A stretch of 64,000 nt of DNA from Spirochaetia bacterium. Its GTDB lineage: Bacteria; Spirochaetota; Spirochaetia; WTKD01; G963693115. The number at the start of each line of letters is the position of its first letter. The first letter of the stretch is position 1. Location: positions 1 through 64,000 of the forward strand of contig CBDDCA010000002.1 of assembly GCA_965226055.1 (NCBI GenBank), given 5' to 3'. The notes beneath the pieces were generated by a model. That model was not told the origin of the DNA and did not search any database. It saw nothing but the letters and a program-made list of their open reading frames with translations. The position numbers were made by a program, and so were the translations under genes. Of the stretch, positions 17,781 to 28,373 are shown one piece after another.

Positions 17781-20570
17781 GTGTTTTTAAAACGTATAGA
17801 ACTGTTTGGTTTTAAGTCTTTTGCAGAAAAATGTACTATTGACTTTTCAGAAGATATTTCAGTAATTGTTGGTCCGAACGGCTGTGGTAAAAGTAATGTC
17901 GTTGATGCTATTCGTTGGGTCTTAGGGGCTCAGAACGCTAAAGCTATGCGAGCAGACAAGATGGCTTCGGTTATTTTTAATGGAAACAAAGACAGAGCTG
18001 CTCTGAGTGTAGCGCAAGTAACATTAGTGGTATCCAATACCGATAATGTGTTGCCCTTAGAGTTTAGTGAAGTAGCAATTAAGCGGAGAGTATATCGAAA
18101 CGGAACCAGTGAATATTACATAAACGATACGCAAGTCAGCTTAAAAGAATTGAGGGCTGTATTTTATGATACTGGCATTTCGGTATCAGAATACTTAGTG
18201 CTTGAACAAGGGAAAATTGATCAAATTTTGTTAGCAAAGCCAGAAGATCGCCGTAAAATTCTTGAAGAAGCTGCTGGCATTTCTAAATTTAGGATAAGTA
18301 GTCAAGAAGGCATGCAGCGTCTTGAGAAAGTAGAAACAAATATCACACAGCTTGAACAGGTATTTCATGAGGTAGTACTCCGCTATGATACCTTAAAAGT
18401 ACAGGTAGAAAAAGCAAAGCGTCATAAACATCTAAAAGAGAGTGTTTTTTTATGTAATGTTGCTATGTCATGTAAACAATATCATAGTTTAGAAAAAGAG
18501 TCAAGTAATATTGCAATAGGGATGCAAAAAAAACAACAGAAAAAGCAAGAAGCAGAGAAAGTACTACAGTCACTCATTGAAAATGATGAGCAGATTGGCA
18601 CTGAACTTAAAAAACAAGAGAAAACAATCATTTCGCATCAGAATGTTCTTATGGAAATGCAAGCAGAAAAGAGAGTGTTACAGGGGCATATTAATTCTCT
18701 TGAAAAAAACAAAGAGGATCATAAAGTTCGTATTATTCATTTTGAACAGCAAATGCAGTTACAACAAAATCGTATCAAAGATATGCATGCTTCCTTAGAA
18801 GCATATCAGAAAGAAGTGAAGGAACAAGAGCGTTCTGTAAACAGTACAAAAAAGCAGATTGAACAGTTACAGCAAAGGGAGAGCGATGCAAAAAACAGAA
18901 TAGAATCATTAAAAGTAAAAAAAGAAACGCTTATACAAAAAGAAGCCGAAAGCAGAGATGCCATTGCAAAGTTACAAAAAGAGCTTCGTAAAGTGGTAGA
19001 CACCTTAGCAGAAGAGTTAGACAAACATACAGGACTAGGGCATTCTCTTTCTGTGCAGGATAAAAAACAGCAGGAGTTACAAGTGCAACTACAGCGTCTT
19101 GTACACAAAGCACAAGTCCTTACAGAAAAGATTTCTGACAGCTCTCTTGTTAAGGAAAACATGAACACAGCAGTGTTTTTAGAAGAGATGCGTGTCGTGT
19201 ACGAACAAACAAAAAAAACACACGATGATTTTTTAGCATTCTGTTCTGTTCTGCCAAACTTTCTCTATGATTTTGTGAAAGAGGAGGGAGTGCTTTCTCG
19301 TAAGCACACTATTGATGACAGTATCCACAGGGAACAGAACAATCTTGCACAGAACGCTGATGAACAGCGTCTGATAAATGAAAGTTTGATAAAGCTCGAT
19401 TCTGAGCGTGCATCTCTCGTAGAGACTATTCAGGATTGCAAGGTGAAACTGGGAACATACACGCAAGCACAAAAATATTCTCACGAGCAAATACAGAGAA
19501 GCAGCTTGGATATTAAGCAAGGAGATTCTCTCTTACAGTCTATACAAGGTCAGCATACAAGAGAAAAAGAATTGCTTGAATCACTCTTAGTAGAAAAAGA
19601 TACCTACAAAGAAAAAATTCAGAAAATTACCGAAACAGAGAAGCAAACAAACAAGCAAATAGAAATAGTGCAATCTAAGATAGGCAGTCAAAGTGAGCAT
19701 TTAATTGCTTTTAAGAATAAAATATCAAAACAAGAGGAGCTTATTAGCTCTCTTCGTGATATGGTATATGATACTCAATCTAAAAAGGATAGGGTAGACA
19801 TGAAAATGCAGTTATTAAAGGAAAATTTTTATTCTGCACATGGAGTACAGCTACACTCATATCTGGCAAAAGGCGAAAATATAGCAGGTATCGAAAAAGA
19901 ACGTCAGCAATTAACAAAGGAAATTGAACAATATAAATCGGAGTTACAAAAGCTAGGTTCTGTAAATTTGCTTGCTGCCGAAGAGTTTAGTGAAGTAGAG
20001 GAAAGAAGAAATTTTCTAGAAAAACAGCTTGATGATTTGAAAAAATCGCAAGAACATTTACAAACAGTGTTATCTGATATTCATATTGAATCTGAAAAAA
20101 AATTGAAAAAAGCGTATAATGAAGTAAGGAAAGAATTTTCGTCTTTATTTAGTAAAGTTATGGGGGGAGGAAAAGCGGATATTGTATTTAGTGATGAAGC
20201 AAATATTCTTCAATCAGGATTAGAGATTATTGCTCAGCCAGGTAACAAGAAAACACAGATGTTATCTCAGTTATCAGGAGGGGAGCGGGCTATGACTGCT
20301 ATTATTCTTATATTTGCTTTGTATACGGTAAAGCCCGCTCCTTTTTGTGTGTTAGACGAAATTGACGCTCCTTTGGACGATAGTAATATTGATAGGCTCG
20401 TTATGCTCTTAAAAAACTATGTGCAGAAGATTCAGTTTCTTATCATTTCCCATAATAAACGAACTATTGTTCATGCAAAAAATATTATTGGCGTTACTAT
20501 GGAAGAGATGGGAGTGAGCAGTTTAATACATGTAAGGGTAGATGACGAAAAGAAAGATAAAAAGAAATAG
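17781..20570 (+). CDS. smc: Chromosome segregation SMC protein (short form)
   Basis: FGFKSF, GPNGCGKSN, LSGGE, LDEIDAPLD and long coiled coils; 929 aa. Confidence 0.92.
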   Translation: MFLKRIELFGFKSFAEKCTIDFSEDISVIVGPNGCGKSNVVDAIRWVLGAQNAKAMRADKMASVIFNGNKDRAALSVAQVTLVVSNTDNVLPLEFSEVAIKRRVYRNGTSEYYINDTQVSLKELRAVFYDTGISVSEYLVLEQGKIDQILLAKPEDRRKILEEAAGISKFRISSQEGMQRLEKVETNITQLEQVFHEVVLRYDTLKVQVEKAKRHKHLKESVFLCNVAMSCKQYHSLEKESSNIAIGMQKKQQKKQEAEKVLQSLIENDEQIGTELKKQEKTIISHQNVLMEMQAEKRVLQGHINSLEKNKEDHKVRIIHFEQQMQLQQNRIKDMHASLEAYQKEVKEQERSVNSTKKQIEQLQQRESDAKNRIESLKVKKETLIQKEAESRDAIAKLQKELRKVVDTLAEELDKHTGLGHSLSVQDKKQQELQVQLQRLVHKAQVLTEKISDSSLVKENMNTAVFLEEMRVVYEQTKKTHDDFLAFCSVLPNFLYDFVKEEGVLSRKHTIDDSIHREQNNLAQNADEQRLINESLIKLDSERASLVETIQDCKVKLGTYTQAQKYSHEQIQRSSLDIKQGDSLLQSIQGQHTREKELLESLLVEKDTYKEKIQKITETEKQTNKQIEIVQSKIGSQSEHLIAFKNKISKQEELISSLRDMVYDTQSKKDRVDMKMQLLKENFYSAHGVQLHSYLAKGENIAGIEKERQQLTKEIEQYKSELQKLGSVNLLAAEEFSEVEERRNFLEKQLDDLKKSQEHLQTVLSDIHIESEKKLKKAYNEVRKEFSSLFSKVMGGGKADIVFSDEANILQSGLEIIAQPGNKKTQMLSQLSGGERAMTAIILIFALYTVKPAPFCVLDEIDAPLDDSNIDRLVMLLKNYVQKIQFLIISHNKRTIVHAKNIIGVTMEEMGVSSLIHVRVDDEKKDKKK

Positions 20571-20581
20571 GAGGGGTTCTA

Positions 20582-20974
20582 TTGCACTTTATAAGACATA
20601 CTAAAAATTTTCATATAAGAGAAATTACTGTTATGTGTATGCTCGTTGTTTTGTTCTTTTCATGTTCAAATGATGAAAAATTATCTACCGAAGAGAGCGG
20701 TAGCAATGCACCTCTTTCTGAGCAGTCTGAGCAGAAGGAAGAATATACTGCTGTTCCTAATACCACAGACTTAGAGCCACGCTATTATGTTCCCTCTGAC
20801 TATGATATTCTCAATGCTCCCCCCGCCAGTGTTACTGAATACTTACAACAGCATAGGAAGGATGTAGATACTATCCTTAATGAATTGGATATAGATGTCG
20901 AAGAAGAAATAGGGAAGTACTTACAAGAAGAATATGAGTCTACAAAAGACGAGATATTTTCTCGTGTTCCCTAA
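20582..20974 (+). CDS. Hypothetical lipoprotein
   Basis: Lipobox-like LFFSC after a hydrophobic stretch; SD GGAGGGG upstream. Confidence 0.7.
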   Translation: MHFIRHTKNFHIREITVMCMLVVLFFSCSNDEKLSTEESGSNAPLSEQSEQKEEYTAVPNTTDLEPRYYVPSDYDILNAPPASVTEYLQQHRKDVDTILNELDIDVEEEIGKYLQEEYESTKDEIFSRVP

Positions 20975-21026
20975 TATTACAGCATATACTATGATGCTAT
21001 GTTTGTGTTAAATAGCGTATTATTCT

Positions 21027-22406
21027 ATGAGAAAGTGTTATTGTATTAGTGTTATAATATATACACTATTATCTGCTACTGTGTATGCAGAGATACTCAA
21101 TGTAGGAATAGAAAGAGTTTCTGCTCCTATATTTTCAAAAATTTCTATCACCTTAAAAGGAGATGCTTGGATTCTTGATGCAGGCACGTCTCAATTTAGT
21201 AGCACCAATACAGGAAGCAGCTCCATCATATCTCTGTTAGAAATTGAAGAAAAAGAACAGAGTACACGTTTTATAGTGTTGCGTACAGAGGCGGCAACGG
21301 ACACGCTTGTTTTTTCTCGCAATGATCTACAGACAGGACAGCAATATACCTACAGCATTATAATACAGTGGTCAGATATTGACACTGATATTTTTTCCGA
21401 TATGGGTATCAATGCTTACACAACAGGAGAAAGTACAAGTACAAATGAAAGCAACAATGATGATCGTGTGAAAAGCCCCTATACTCCTTATACAAAGAAT
21501 ACGCAAAAGAATATACAGACGAATACTCAAAGTGCAAGCATGCCTGATAATAGTGTACAAGGTATAGAGCAAGAAGCAGTGCAGGAGATAGCATTATTTT
21601 CGGATGCCATTATTACAGTAGGCTATGTTTCTTTTGTGGAATCATTACAGAACATACAGCCAAATATACAACAGGGTACACAGCTGAACATACAGCAAAA
21701 TACACAAAGCAGTACTAGGAGAGAGCAAGGCATCATACTGGGAGACAGCTCTGAGAGTGCCAATGCACAGAGTAACAGCGTAGAAAGTGACAGCCGTATG
21801 AGTACGCAAGAGCAGGAGCTTGTATCAGAACAAGCACAGGAGCAAGCTACTGTACAACAAGACACAGCACGCACACAAGCAGAACAGTCTGTCATAGAGA
21901 ACGAGGCGACATCCGTACAGCAAGACACACAACAAACCAGCTCAGCTACAGACGAGATTGCCTTATTCATTGACAGCCGTGAGCAATCAATACAGCAAGA
22001 TAAAGCTGACAATCAAAACAATAGTCAAAACAACAGTCAAGACAGCACTATGAGTACGAGTACTGATGCTAGTGCCAGTATGAGCCTGCAAGATATACAG
22101 ACACAGATGAAAACACTGTGGAACAAGGGCAACAAGCAAGAGGCAGAAGCATTGGTAGTATCGTGGGTACAGAACAATAGAAAGCACAGTAACAAAAAGC
22201 ACAGTAACGAAAAGTACAGCGAAGAAGCAGAAGCCTACTATATGCTTGCCACTATGTACGAGAACACTGCTACTGAGATAGCTGATATTAGGAAAGCCAT
22301 AGATTTTTATACTATCATATACACGCAATATATTCTCAGTCAGTACTATGAACTAGCACAGCAGCATATAGAAAAATTACAAAATACCTATATATTTATT
22401 CGATAG
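21027..22406 (+). CDS. Secreted Q/S/T-rich protein with C-terminal TPR-like helices
   Basis: Signal peptide (TVYA-E), low-complexity linker, 'AEAYYMLATMYE...IRKAIDFYTIIYTQY' TPR-like end. Confidence 0.7.
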   Translation: MRKCYCISVIIYTLLSATVYAEILNVGIERVSAPIFSKISITLKGDAWILDAGTSQFSSTNTGSSSIISLLEIEEKEQSTRFIVLRTEAATDTLVFSRNDLQTGQQYTYSIIIQWSDIDTDIFSDMGINAYTTGESTSTNESNNDDRVKSPYTPYTKNTQKNIQTNTQSASMPDNSVQGIEQEAVQEIALFSDAIITVGYVSFVESLQNIQPNIQQGTQLNIQQNTQSSTRREQGIILGDSSESANAQSNSVESDSRMSTQEQELVSEQAQEQATVQQDTARTQAEQSVIENEATSVQQDTQQTSSATDEIALFIDSREQSIQQDKADNQNNSQNNSQDSTMSTSTDASASMSLQDIQTQMKTLWNKGNKQEAEALVVSWVQNNRKHSNKKHSNEKYSEEAEAYYMLATMYENTATEIADIRKAIDFYTIIYTQYILSQYYELAQQHIEKLQNTYIFIR

Positions 22407-22423
22407 AGTGTGAGGTAAGGCTT

Positions 22424-23500
22424 CTGTTTAAGAAAAAAAAGAAATATTTCATACTCTCTATTGATTCTGGTGGCTTTGGCTCTCTCTTGCCAGTGCTTAT
22501 ATTAGAAAAACTACAAGAAGAGTTGCGTATGCAAGGCTCTTCAAAGTCGTTGACTCAGTGTTTTGACATGATTGTTGGAAGTGGCTCAGGCTCAATTACT
22601 GCAGCAACGCTTTTTTGTATGGATGATGCAAAAGGGCAATTACGCGGAAAAGACTCAAAAATATACAATACTGTCCATGCCATGAGCGAGCATTATTTTG
22701 ATCCTCTGGAGCATTATTTTTTTAGAAACAATCAGAACATTGAAGCTACTCTTTCAATAAAGCAACGTTACTTAACACACGAGTTAGCAAAGATATTTGC
22801 ACAGAAAGGATTGCTTGCTATGCTAAGTACATCCCTCTGTGTGCCAGTGCTGGACAGTACTACCTATAGTACCCGTATGCTTTCAGGCGATACAAACTAT
22901 ACACTATCACTGTATGATGCCTTAGTGCTTGCAAACCAGTATTTCTTTGTCCCCGAAAGCTATGCCTTTCATAGCACCGAACAACACATACACATACCAC
23001 AAGGAGCAAAACAGGAACATGAGGAAAACACCTCTCTCAAGTCTTCACAGCTTATCAATGCCTCATTGACTGCACGTAATCCCACGTTACTGGCATATCA
23101 TTATGCACGGAAAGAGCAAGCCATAAACACGCAGTATTATGTACTATCCTTAGGCACAGGAATGTTTCCTCCAATATATCCCGTGTTTGATATAGAACAA
23201 CATATATCATATCTCAATATTCAATCGCACAATGCTATGTTACAGCAGAATATACAATCTATCCCTAACATACAGTACTATCGTATTGATGGCACTGTAT
23301 CAGCAGAACAAGTAGCACAAAAGGGCAATACTTACGAAAGCAGTCAACAAAAGGACATATACAACATAAGCAATACTTCCCCGCTGGAAAAGAAAGAATA
23401 TATGCTACAGGTGTTTGAGAAAACAGGCATCCGTCTTGTTCACAAAGCCATCCCCATACTCAGAGACTTTGTCAATACACTCATGAGGGAGGGGAGGTAG
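22424..23500 (+). CDS. Patatin-like phospholipase fold protein with degenerate catalytic motifs
   Basis: Extending upstream to CTG 22424 gives ILSIDSGG; also FDMIVGSGSG, LINAS..RNP, VLSLGTG and YYRID. Confidence 0.78.
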   Translation: MFKKKKKYFILSIDSGGFGSLLPVLILEKLQEELRMQGSSKSLTQCFDMIVGSGSGSITAATLFCMDDAKGQLRGKDSKIYNTVHAMSEHYFDPLEHYFFRNNQNIEATLSIKQRYLTHELAKIFAQKGLLAMLSTSLCVPVLDSTTYSTRMLSGDTNYTLSLYDALVLANQYFFVPESYAFHSTEQHIHIPQGAKQEHEENTSLKSSQLINASLTARNPTLLAYHYARKEQAINTQYYVLSLGTGMFPPIYPVFDIEQHISYLNIQSHNAMLQQNIQSIPNIQYYRIDGTVSAEQVAQKGNTYESSQQKDIYNISNTSPLEKKEYMLQVFEKTGIRLVHKAIPILRDFVNTLMREGR

Positions 23501-25538
23501 GTGTTTTTTGATTTTCCTCAATGGTAGTTTGAAATTTCTGTAGAATTTCTTTTAAATCTTGTTTTAATTGATTTAATATTGACTCTGATATTAAATAACC
23601 TGGTGTTTTTTTGTTATTTTCTGCTACGGTTTCAATATAACTCATGAGTCTATTAATAAAATATTTTTCTTCTAAAATATTGTTTCTTATTTTTTCATGA
23701 GGCTTACCTACTCTATATCGTTTCTTCAAAGCTGATATAAATTGAGGCATTCTTTTGAAAAAGAGTTTATCTGTATTTTCTAGTTGATTTAATAAATTTT
23801 TTATTTCTTCTCTCACATTACGCATTTCTTCTTTTTGTTCAGGGTACAAGAATACTGGTATATCAAAAAATTCTTTTTCAGGGGTTATTTTTTTGCAAAA
23901 TTCTTCAATATTGTCACTATATTCAAGAGAGTTTTTGAAGTCTGTACGAAATATACTCAACTTAGAGTTGTCTTGGTTTTGTTTTAAATTTTCCTTCATA
24001 TTTCTCATAAAAAAATATAATTCTTCTTCATAATACAGATGAACATATGTATCTATATCTACATTGTTTGGTATTGTATTACTAAGTATGCTAATATTTT
24101 CATCTATTTGTATTATATTGCTATCATAATCTACTTTTAATAATGATAGTACAATCTCAAAGGAGTGTAATAATTCCCGAGCGTTCTCTATGTTACCTTT
24201 TTTTATATCAGATACACATTGTTTGACTTGATTTTGAATCTGCCAATCTGATGTATTATGTGATCCTTCTAGTAATTCTTGTAATATCCTAAATGTTTTT
24301 GATTCTTTTTCTTGTTGTTCTTGCATCTTTTTAAAAATATTAGCTAGTTGAGATGAGCAATCTTTATGTGATATAACCATATCATACCAGTTAAGATTAT
24401 GTATAATGTGCGGTTTATAATAAAAAAGTGCCTGTTTATTCTCAGATTCATAAAGAAAAGCATTGATATTTTCAATCCAATTATCCTTAGTTATTTCACC
24501 ATCTTTTTCCTTGAGGAAAAGAAAAAAATATATACAAATAATATGCCCAAATTCTGTAATATTTCCTTTATACATAGGTGGCAATGAATCATATCTATTC
24601 TCTAAGAAATCAATCATTTCCTCTGGAAATTGCTTTAAGAAATGAGGAAAAGACATAATTGCTTGTCGTAGGCTTCTGAGGTTATTTGCTCCAATTTTAT
24701 TATATGTATTACGAATTAGGTTCTGATATTTTTCGGTTTCTAATATTTTTTTTGTTTTTGTTTCTTTCTTAAATGTATCATCAAATGATATAAAAGTACC
24801 ATAAATATTATCTATTTGATATGTTGTTATTTTGGTATTATCTAACTTAATAAATTGTTTAAAAGCAATATCAAATTTGGATTCCAATTTAAAAGTTGCT
24901 CCAATAATTTTTTCTTTATATTTTTTTGTATTTTCTTCTCCCACATTTTCAAATAGCTTTCCTTCATGGGAAAGCAGTACTACTTTTTGTTTTTTATGTT
25001 CGACAAAGCTATTAAGATATCCAAATAACTCCTGATGTGGAATATGACAGCGTTCAATATCATCAAAAATCATTATTTTGCTATCCTGCTTATTTTTATC
25101 AAATTTCTTTCTTATCTTGTCTATCGCTTTAGACCAATGCTTGTTAATAACATCGACAGGAATATATTTTGTTAGTCCTAGTGCAAAATCTGTTATGATA
25201 CTCCCTGCATTCTCTTCTCTAAAAAATGGAAGCAATATCTCTTGAGAAATTTTAGCATCTATTTCTGTAGTGTCTTTTATTCCATAAAGGCTAATATACA
25301 GAAATGTTTCAATTTTTTCTTGTTTTACTTTATTTCCATTATCTGTTTGTTCTGCATCGTTTCTATTCTTTTCCTGTTCCTTCTGTTTTTCTTTTGTATA
25401 AGTCTTCATTACCTCCGTTATAAAATGGGTTTTTCCGCAACCCCACTCACCAGAGAGCATGACTGCGTAAAGAGGAGCTTCTAATTGAAAATAATGATCT
25501 ATGAGATAATCTGATATATGACTGTTTTCATCACTCAT
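23481..25538 (-). CDS. KAP-family P-loop NTPase with uncharacterised C-terminal helical domain
   Basis: Walker A GEWGCGKT, YISLYG, Walker B IFDDIERC, KYKEKIIG and NLRSL; start moved to ATG 25538 because track start 25589 lies inside the tRNA. Confidence 0.88.
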   Translation of the reverse strand: MSDENSHISDYLIDHYFQLEAPLYAVMLSGEWGCGKTHFITEVMKTYTKEKQKEQEKNRNDAEQTDNGNKVKQEKIETFLYISLYGIKDTTEIDAKISQEILLPFFREENAGSIITDFALGLTKYIPVDVINKHWSKAIDKIRKKFDKNKQDSKIMIFDDIERCHIPHQELFGYLNSFVEHKKQKVVLLSHEGKLFENVGEENTKKYKEKIIGATFKLESKFDIAFKQFIKLDNTKITTYQIDNIYGTFISFDDTFKKETKTKKILETEKYQNLIRNTYNKIGANNLRSLRQAIMSFPHFLKQFPEEMIDFLENRYDSLPPMYKGNITEFGHIICIYFFLFLKEKDGEITKDNWIENINAFLYESENKQALFYYKPHIIHNLNWYDMVISHKDCSSQLANIFKKMQEQQEKESKTFRILQELLEGSHNTSDWQIQNQVKQCVSDIKKGNIENARELLHSFEIVLSLLKVDYDSNIIQIDENISILSNTIPNNVDIDTYVHLYYEEELYFFMRNMKENLKQNQDNSKLSIFRTDFKNSLEYSDNIEEFCKKITPEKEFFDIPVFLYPEQKEEMRNVREEIKNLLNQLENTDKLFFKRMPQFISALKKRYRVGKPHEKIRNNILEEKYFINRLMSYIETVAENNKKTPGYLISESILNQLKQDLKEILQKFQTTIEENQKTPTSPPS

Positions 25539-25559
25539 ATGCGAACTAATATGAAAATA

Positions 25560-25632
25560 CTCCCCCGGCTGGACTCGAACCAACGACATGGTGGTTAACA
25601 GCCACCCGCTCTACCAACTGAGCTACAGGGGA
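25560..25632 (-). tRNA. tRNA-Asn(GTT), CCA not encoded
   Basis: Cloverleaf TCCCCTG/CGGGGGA acceptor stem, D arm GCTC/GAGC, anticodon arm GGTGG-CTGTTAA-CCACC, T loop TTCGAGT. Confidence 0.97.
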
Positions 25633-25643
25633 ATATTGTATAT

Positions 25644-25672
25644 ATCATAACAAAGAGATAATTATATGTCAA
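25644..25672 (-). promoter_or_regulatory. Sigma70-type promoter for tRNA-Asn (possibly reading on into the KAP gene)
   Basis: TTGACA-N17-TATGAT on the minus strand. Confidence 0.7.
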
Positions 25673-25722
25673 GCCCACTTTTCACTAGACAAATATGAGT
25701 ATATTATATACAATCAAATATA

Positions 25723-26112
25723 ATGAGTGAAAACAATACACATACCAATGCCAGTACAGAAGAACATCAAGAAAACGCTACTCCCTCAGACGCTCTGTCA
25801 ACAACCGAGTATCGCGAAAAAATGATAGAAGCATTAAAACAAGTAATTGATCCTGAAATACACATAAATATTGTTGATCTTGGGCTAGTGTATAGAGTAG
25901 AAATTTCTGAGGACCTAAAGCAAGTTGAAGTTGAGTTTACTCTTACTACTCCCGGTTGTCCACTTGCCGATGAAATTGAACAAAGCATAAACGATGCTTG
26001 TCATACAGTAATGCCTCATGTAGAGGTAACATCGACATTAGTATGGACTCCAATGTGGAATGCTGACTTTATGAGCGAAGATGCTCGTTTAGAACTAGGC
26101 TTTCCCATTTAA
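25723..26112 (+). CDS. DUF59/SufT-like Fe-S cluster assembly factor
   Basis: DPE-x-x-x-NIVDLGLVY, TLTTPGCP, VWTPMW motifs; heads the suf operon. Confidence 0.92.
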   Translation: MSENNTHTNASTEEHQENATPSDALSTTEYREKMIEALKQVIDPEIHINIVDLGLVYRVEISEDLKQVEVEFTLTTPGCPLADEIEQSINDACHTVMPHVEVTSTLVWTPMWNADFMSEDARLELGFPI

Positions 26113-26205
26113 GCATACGGATAAGTACAAGATTATGCGTAGGTACTTGTCGTAATAATTATAACAGTAAAAGCTATACAATGAAGCTGATAAAAAGGAG
26201 TGTTT

Positions 26206-26952
26206 ATGAAAGTTGATGTAAAAAATTTATCTGTATCAATTGAAGGAAAGAAAATTCTCAATGATGTAAGTATGAGTTTTGAAGAAGGGCAACTTACTAT
26301 TGTTATGGGACCTAACGGGTCAGGAAAATCTACCGTATCAAATGTTATTATGGGACATCCCAGTTATGATGTAGACGGTGGTGAAGTTATTGTTGAAGGA
26401 GAAAATATCCTTGAGCTAGAACCACACGAAAGAGCGCGTAAAGGCATCTTTATGTCTTTTCAGTATCCAGTAGAAATTCCCGGACTCACAGTAGGGCGCT
26501 TTCTTCGTAGATCGTATGAAGTCTTGCATGGTGAAGTACCGAAAAATTTTGTAGCGTTGTTACGAAAAGAAGTCGAAGAACTAGGATTAAGCCAAGACTT
26601 TATCAATAGATATCTTAATGAGGGATTTTCAGGAGGAGAGAAAAAACGTATGGAAGTATTACAGCTTAAGATACTAAAACCGCGTTTTGCTATTTTAGAT
26701 GAAATTGACTCGGGACTTGACATAGATGCCATACGCATCATTGCAGGAGCAATCAATGACATACGAAGGGAGAACCCTGCATTTTCTCTTATGCTTGTAA
26801 CCCATTACAGACGTATTGTAGATGAACTTGAAAACTCCAACAAAGTGTATGTACTCAGTAAAGGAAAAATCGTAAGCGTTGGGGAATTGAGCATACTTGA
26901 TAAACTAGAAGGACAAGGATATCGTTGGTTAGAAGAAGGAGGTGTACAATGA
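26206..26952 (+). CDS. sufC: Fe-S assembly ATPase SufC
   Basis: [41 protein letters not shown]. Confidence 0.96.
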   Translation: MKVDVKNLSVSIEGKKILNDVSMSFEEGQLTIVMGPNGSGKSTVSNVIMGHPSYDVDGGEVIVEGENILELEPHERARKGIFMSFQYPVEIPGLTVGRFLRRSYEVLHGEVPKNFVALLRKEVEELGLSQDFINRYLNEGFSGGEKKRMEVLQLKILKPRFAILDEIDSGLDIDAIRIIAGAINDIRRENPAFSLMLVTHYRRIVDELENSNKVYVLSKGKIVSVGELSILDKLEGQGYRWLEEGGVQ

Positions 26953-28373
26953 GTGCAGAAAATCAAGCACAGATACAAGAAAATACCGAGCATCTTGTAA
27001 ACGATTACAAATATGGTTTTCACTATGAAGATCACTCTGTATTTAAGACAGCAAAGGGACTCAGCCCCGAAGTAGTGCGTGCAATATCTGAACACAAAAA
27101 AGAACCACAGTGGATGCTAGAATTTCGTCTGCGTTCATTGGAAGAATTTAATAAAAAAGAAATGATAGACTGGGGAGCTGATTTATCAAAATTAAACTTT
27201 GATGATATTTATTACTATGCAAAACCAACACAAGAAAAGTCAAAAACTTGGGAAGATCTTCCTGCCGAAATTAAAGAGACCTACGATAGAATTGGAGTAC
27301 CAGAAGCAGAGAAAAAATTTCTCGCAGGAGTAGGTGCTCAGTACGACTCTGAAATTGTCTACAAAAGTCTCTCAAAGGATCTTGAGGAAAAAGGAGTCAT
27401 TTTTTGTGACCCTGAGACAGCAGTACAAGAGCATACAGAGTTATTACAAAAGTATTTTGGTACTATCATTCCATATAATGACAACAAATTTGCAGCACTT
27501 AACTCTGCCGTATGGAGTGGAGGGAGCTTTGTGTATATCCCTCCAGGAGTGAAAGTAGATATTCCTCTTCAGGCATACTTTAGAATCAACACCGAAAACT
27601 TTGGGCAGTTTGAAAGAACCCTTATTATTGCAGATAAAGATAGCTTTGTACATTATGTAGAAGGATGCACCGCTCCTATATATACCACCGATTCTCTGCA
27701 CAGTGCGGTAGTAGAAATTATTGCACTGCCAGGGGCACGCGTACGATATAGTACCATACAAAACTGGTCAGGTGATGTGTATAATCTTGTCACAAAAAGA
27801 GGTGTAGCATATGAAAATGCTACAGTAGAATGGGTAGACGGTAACATAGGCAGTCAGCGAACCATGAAGTATCCTTCAGTATATCTAAAAGGAGAAGGAG
27901 CACATGGAGAAGTGCTTTCTATTGCATTTGCAGGAAAAGGGCAAGAGCAAGACACTGGAGGCAAAATAGTGCATGCAGCCAATAATACATCAAGTCGCAT
28001 TACATCAAAATCTATAAGCAAGGACGGAGGCATAGCTACCTATAGAGGACATATCAAAGTTGATCCAGAAGTCAAAAATGCAAAAATAAATGTTGTCTGC
28101 GATGCCCTGTTGATTGATGGAGACTCTGCCACAAATACATATCCGTATATGGACATATTAAGTCCCCATGTGTCAGTAGAACACGAAGCACGAGTAAGTA
28201 AAATTAGTGCAGATCAGCTTTTTTATCTTATGAGTCGTGGTTTTGATGAAGATGAAGCAGCAGCAATGATAGTAAACGGCTTTCTTGATCCGCTTGTAAA
28301 AGAGCTTCCTATGGAATATGCAGTGGAGCTTAATAGACTTATAGAACTTGAAATGGAAGGATCGGTAGGATAA
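26949..28373 (+). CDS. sufB: Fe-S scaffold SufB
   Basis: [24 protein letters not shown]-terminal ELEMEGSVG. Confidence 0.97.
   Translation: MSAENQAQIQENTEHLVNDYKYGFHYEDHSVFKTAKGLSPEVVRAISEHKKEPQWMLEFRLRSLEEFNKKEMIDWGADLSKLNFDDIYYYAKPTQEKSKTWEDLPAEIKETYDRIGVPEAEKKFLAGVGAQYDSEIVYKSLSKDLEEKGVIFCDPETAVQEHTELLQKYFGTIIPYNDNKFAALNSAVWSGGSFVYIPPGVKVDIPLQAYFRINTENFGQFERTLIIADKDSFVHYVEGCTAPIYTTDSLHSAVVEIIALPGARVRYSTIQNWSGDVYNLVTKRGVAYENATVEWVDGNIGSQRTMKYPSVYLKGEGAHGEVLSIAFAGKGQEQDTGGKIVHAANNTSSRITSKSISKDGGIATYRGHIKVDPEVKNAKINVVCDALLIDGDSATNTYPYMDILSPHVSVEHEARVSKISADQLFYLMSRGFDEDEAAAMIVNGFLDPLVKELPMEYAVELNRLIELEMEGSVG

Noticed and set aside
17781-20570. SMC-like defence or repair ATPase (JetC, SbcC, RecN)
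   Set aside because: Head motifs match true SMC (FGFKSF, VVDAIRWVLG, PFCVLDEIDAPLD); no jet or sbcD neighbours
22424-25538. Patatin plus NTPase as a CBASS-like or two-gene defence operon
   Set aside because: Genes are convergent, no CD-NTase is present and the patatin catalytic motifs are degenerate
25539-25589. N-terminal 17 aa of the 702-aa KAP ORF in the track
   Set aside because: Runs through the tRNA-Asn T arm and acceptor stem; ATG 25538 is more plausible
23470-25632. att duplication of the tRNA-Asn 3' end bounding an island
   Set aside because: No second copy of the tRNA 3' end was visible beyond the KAP gene
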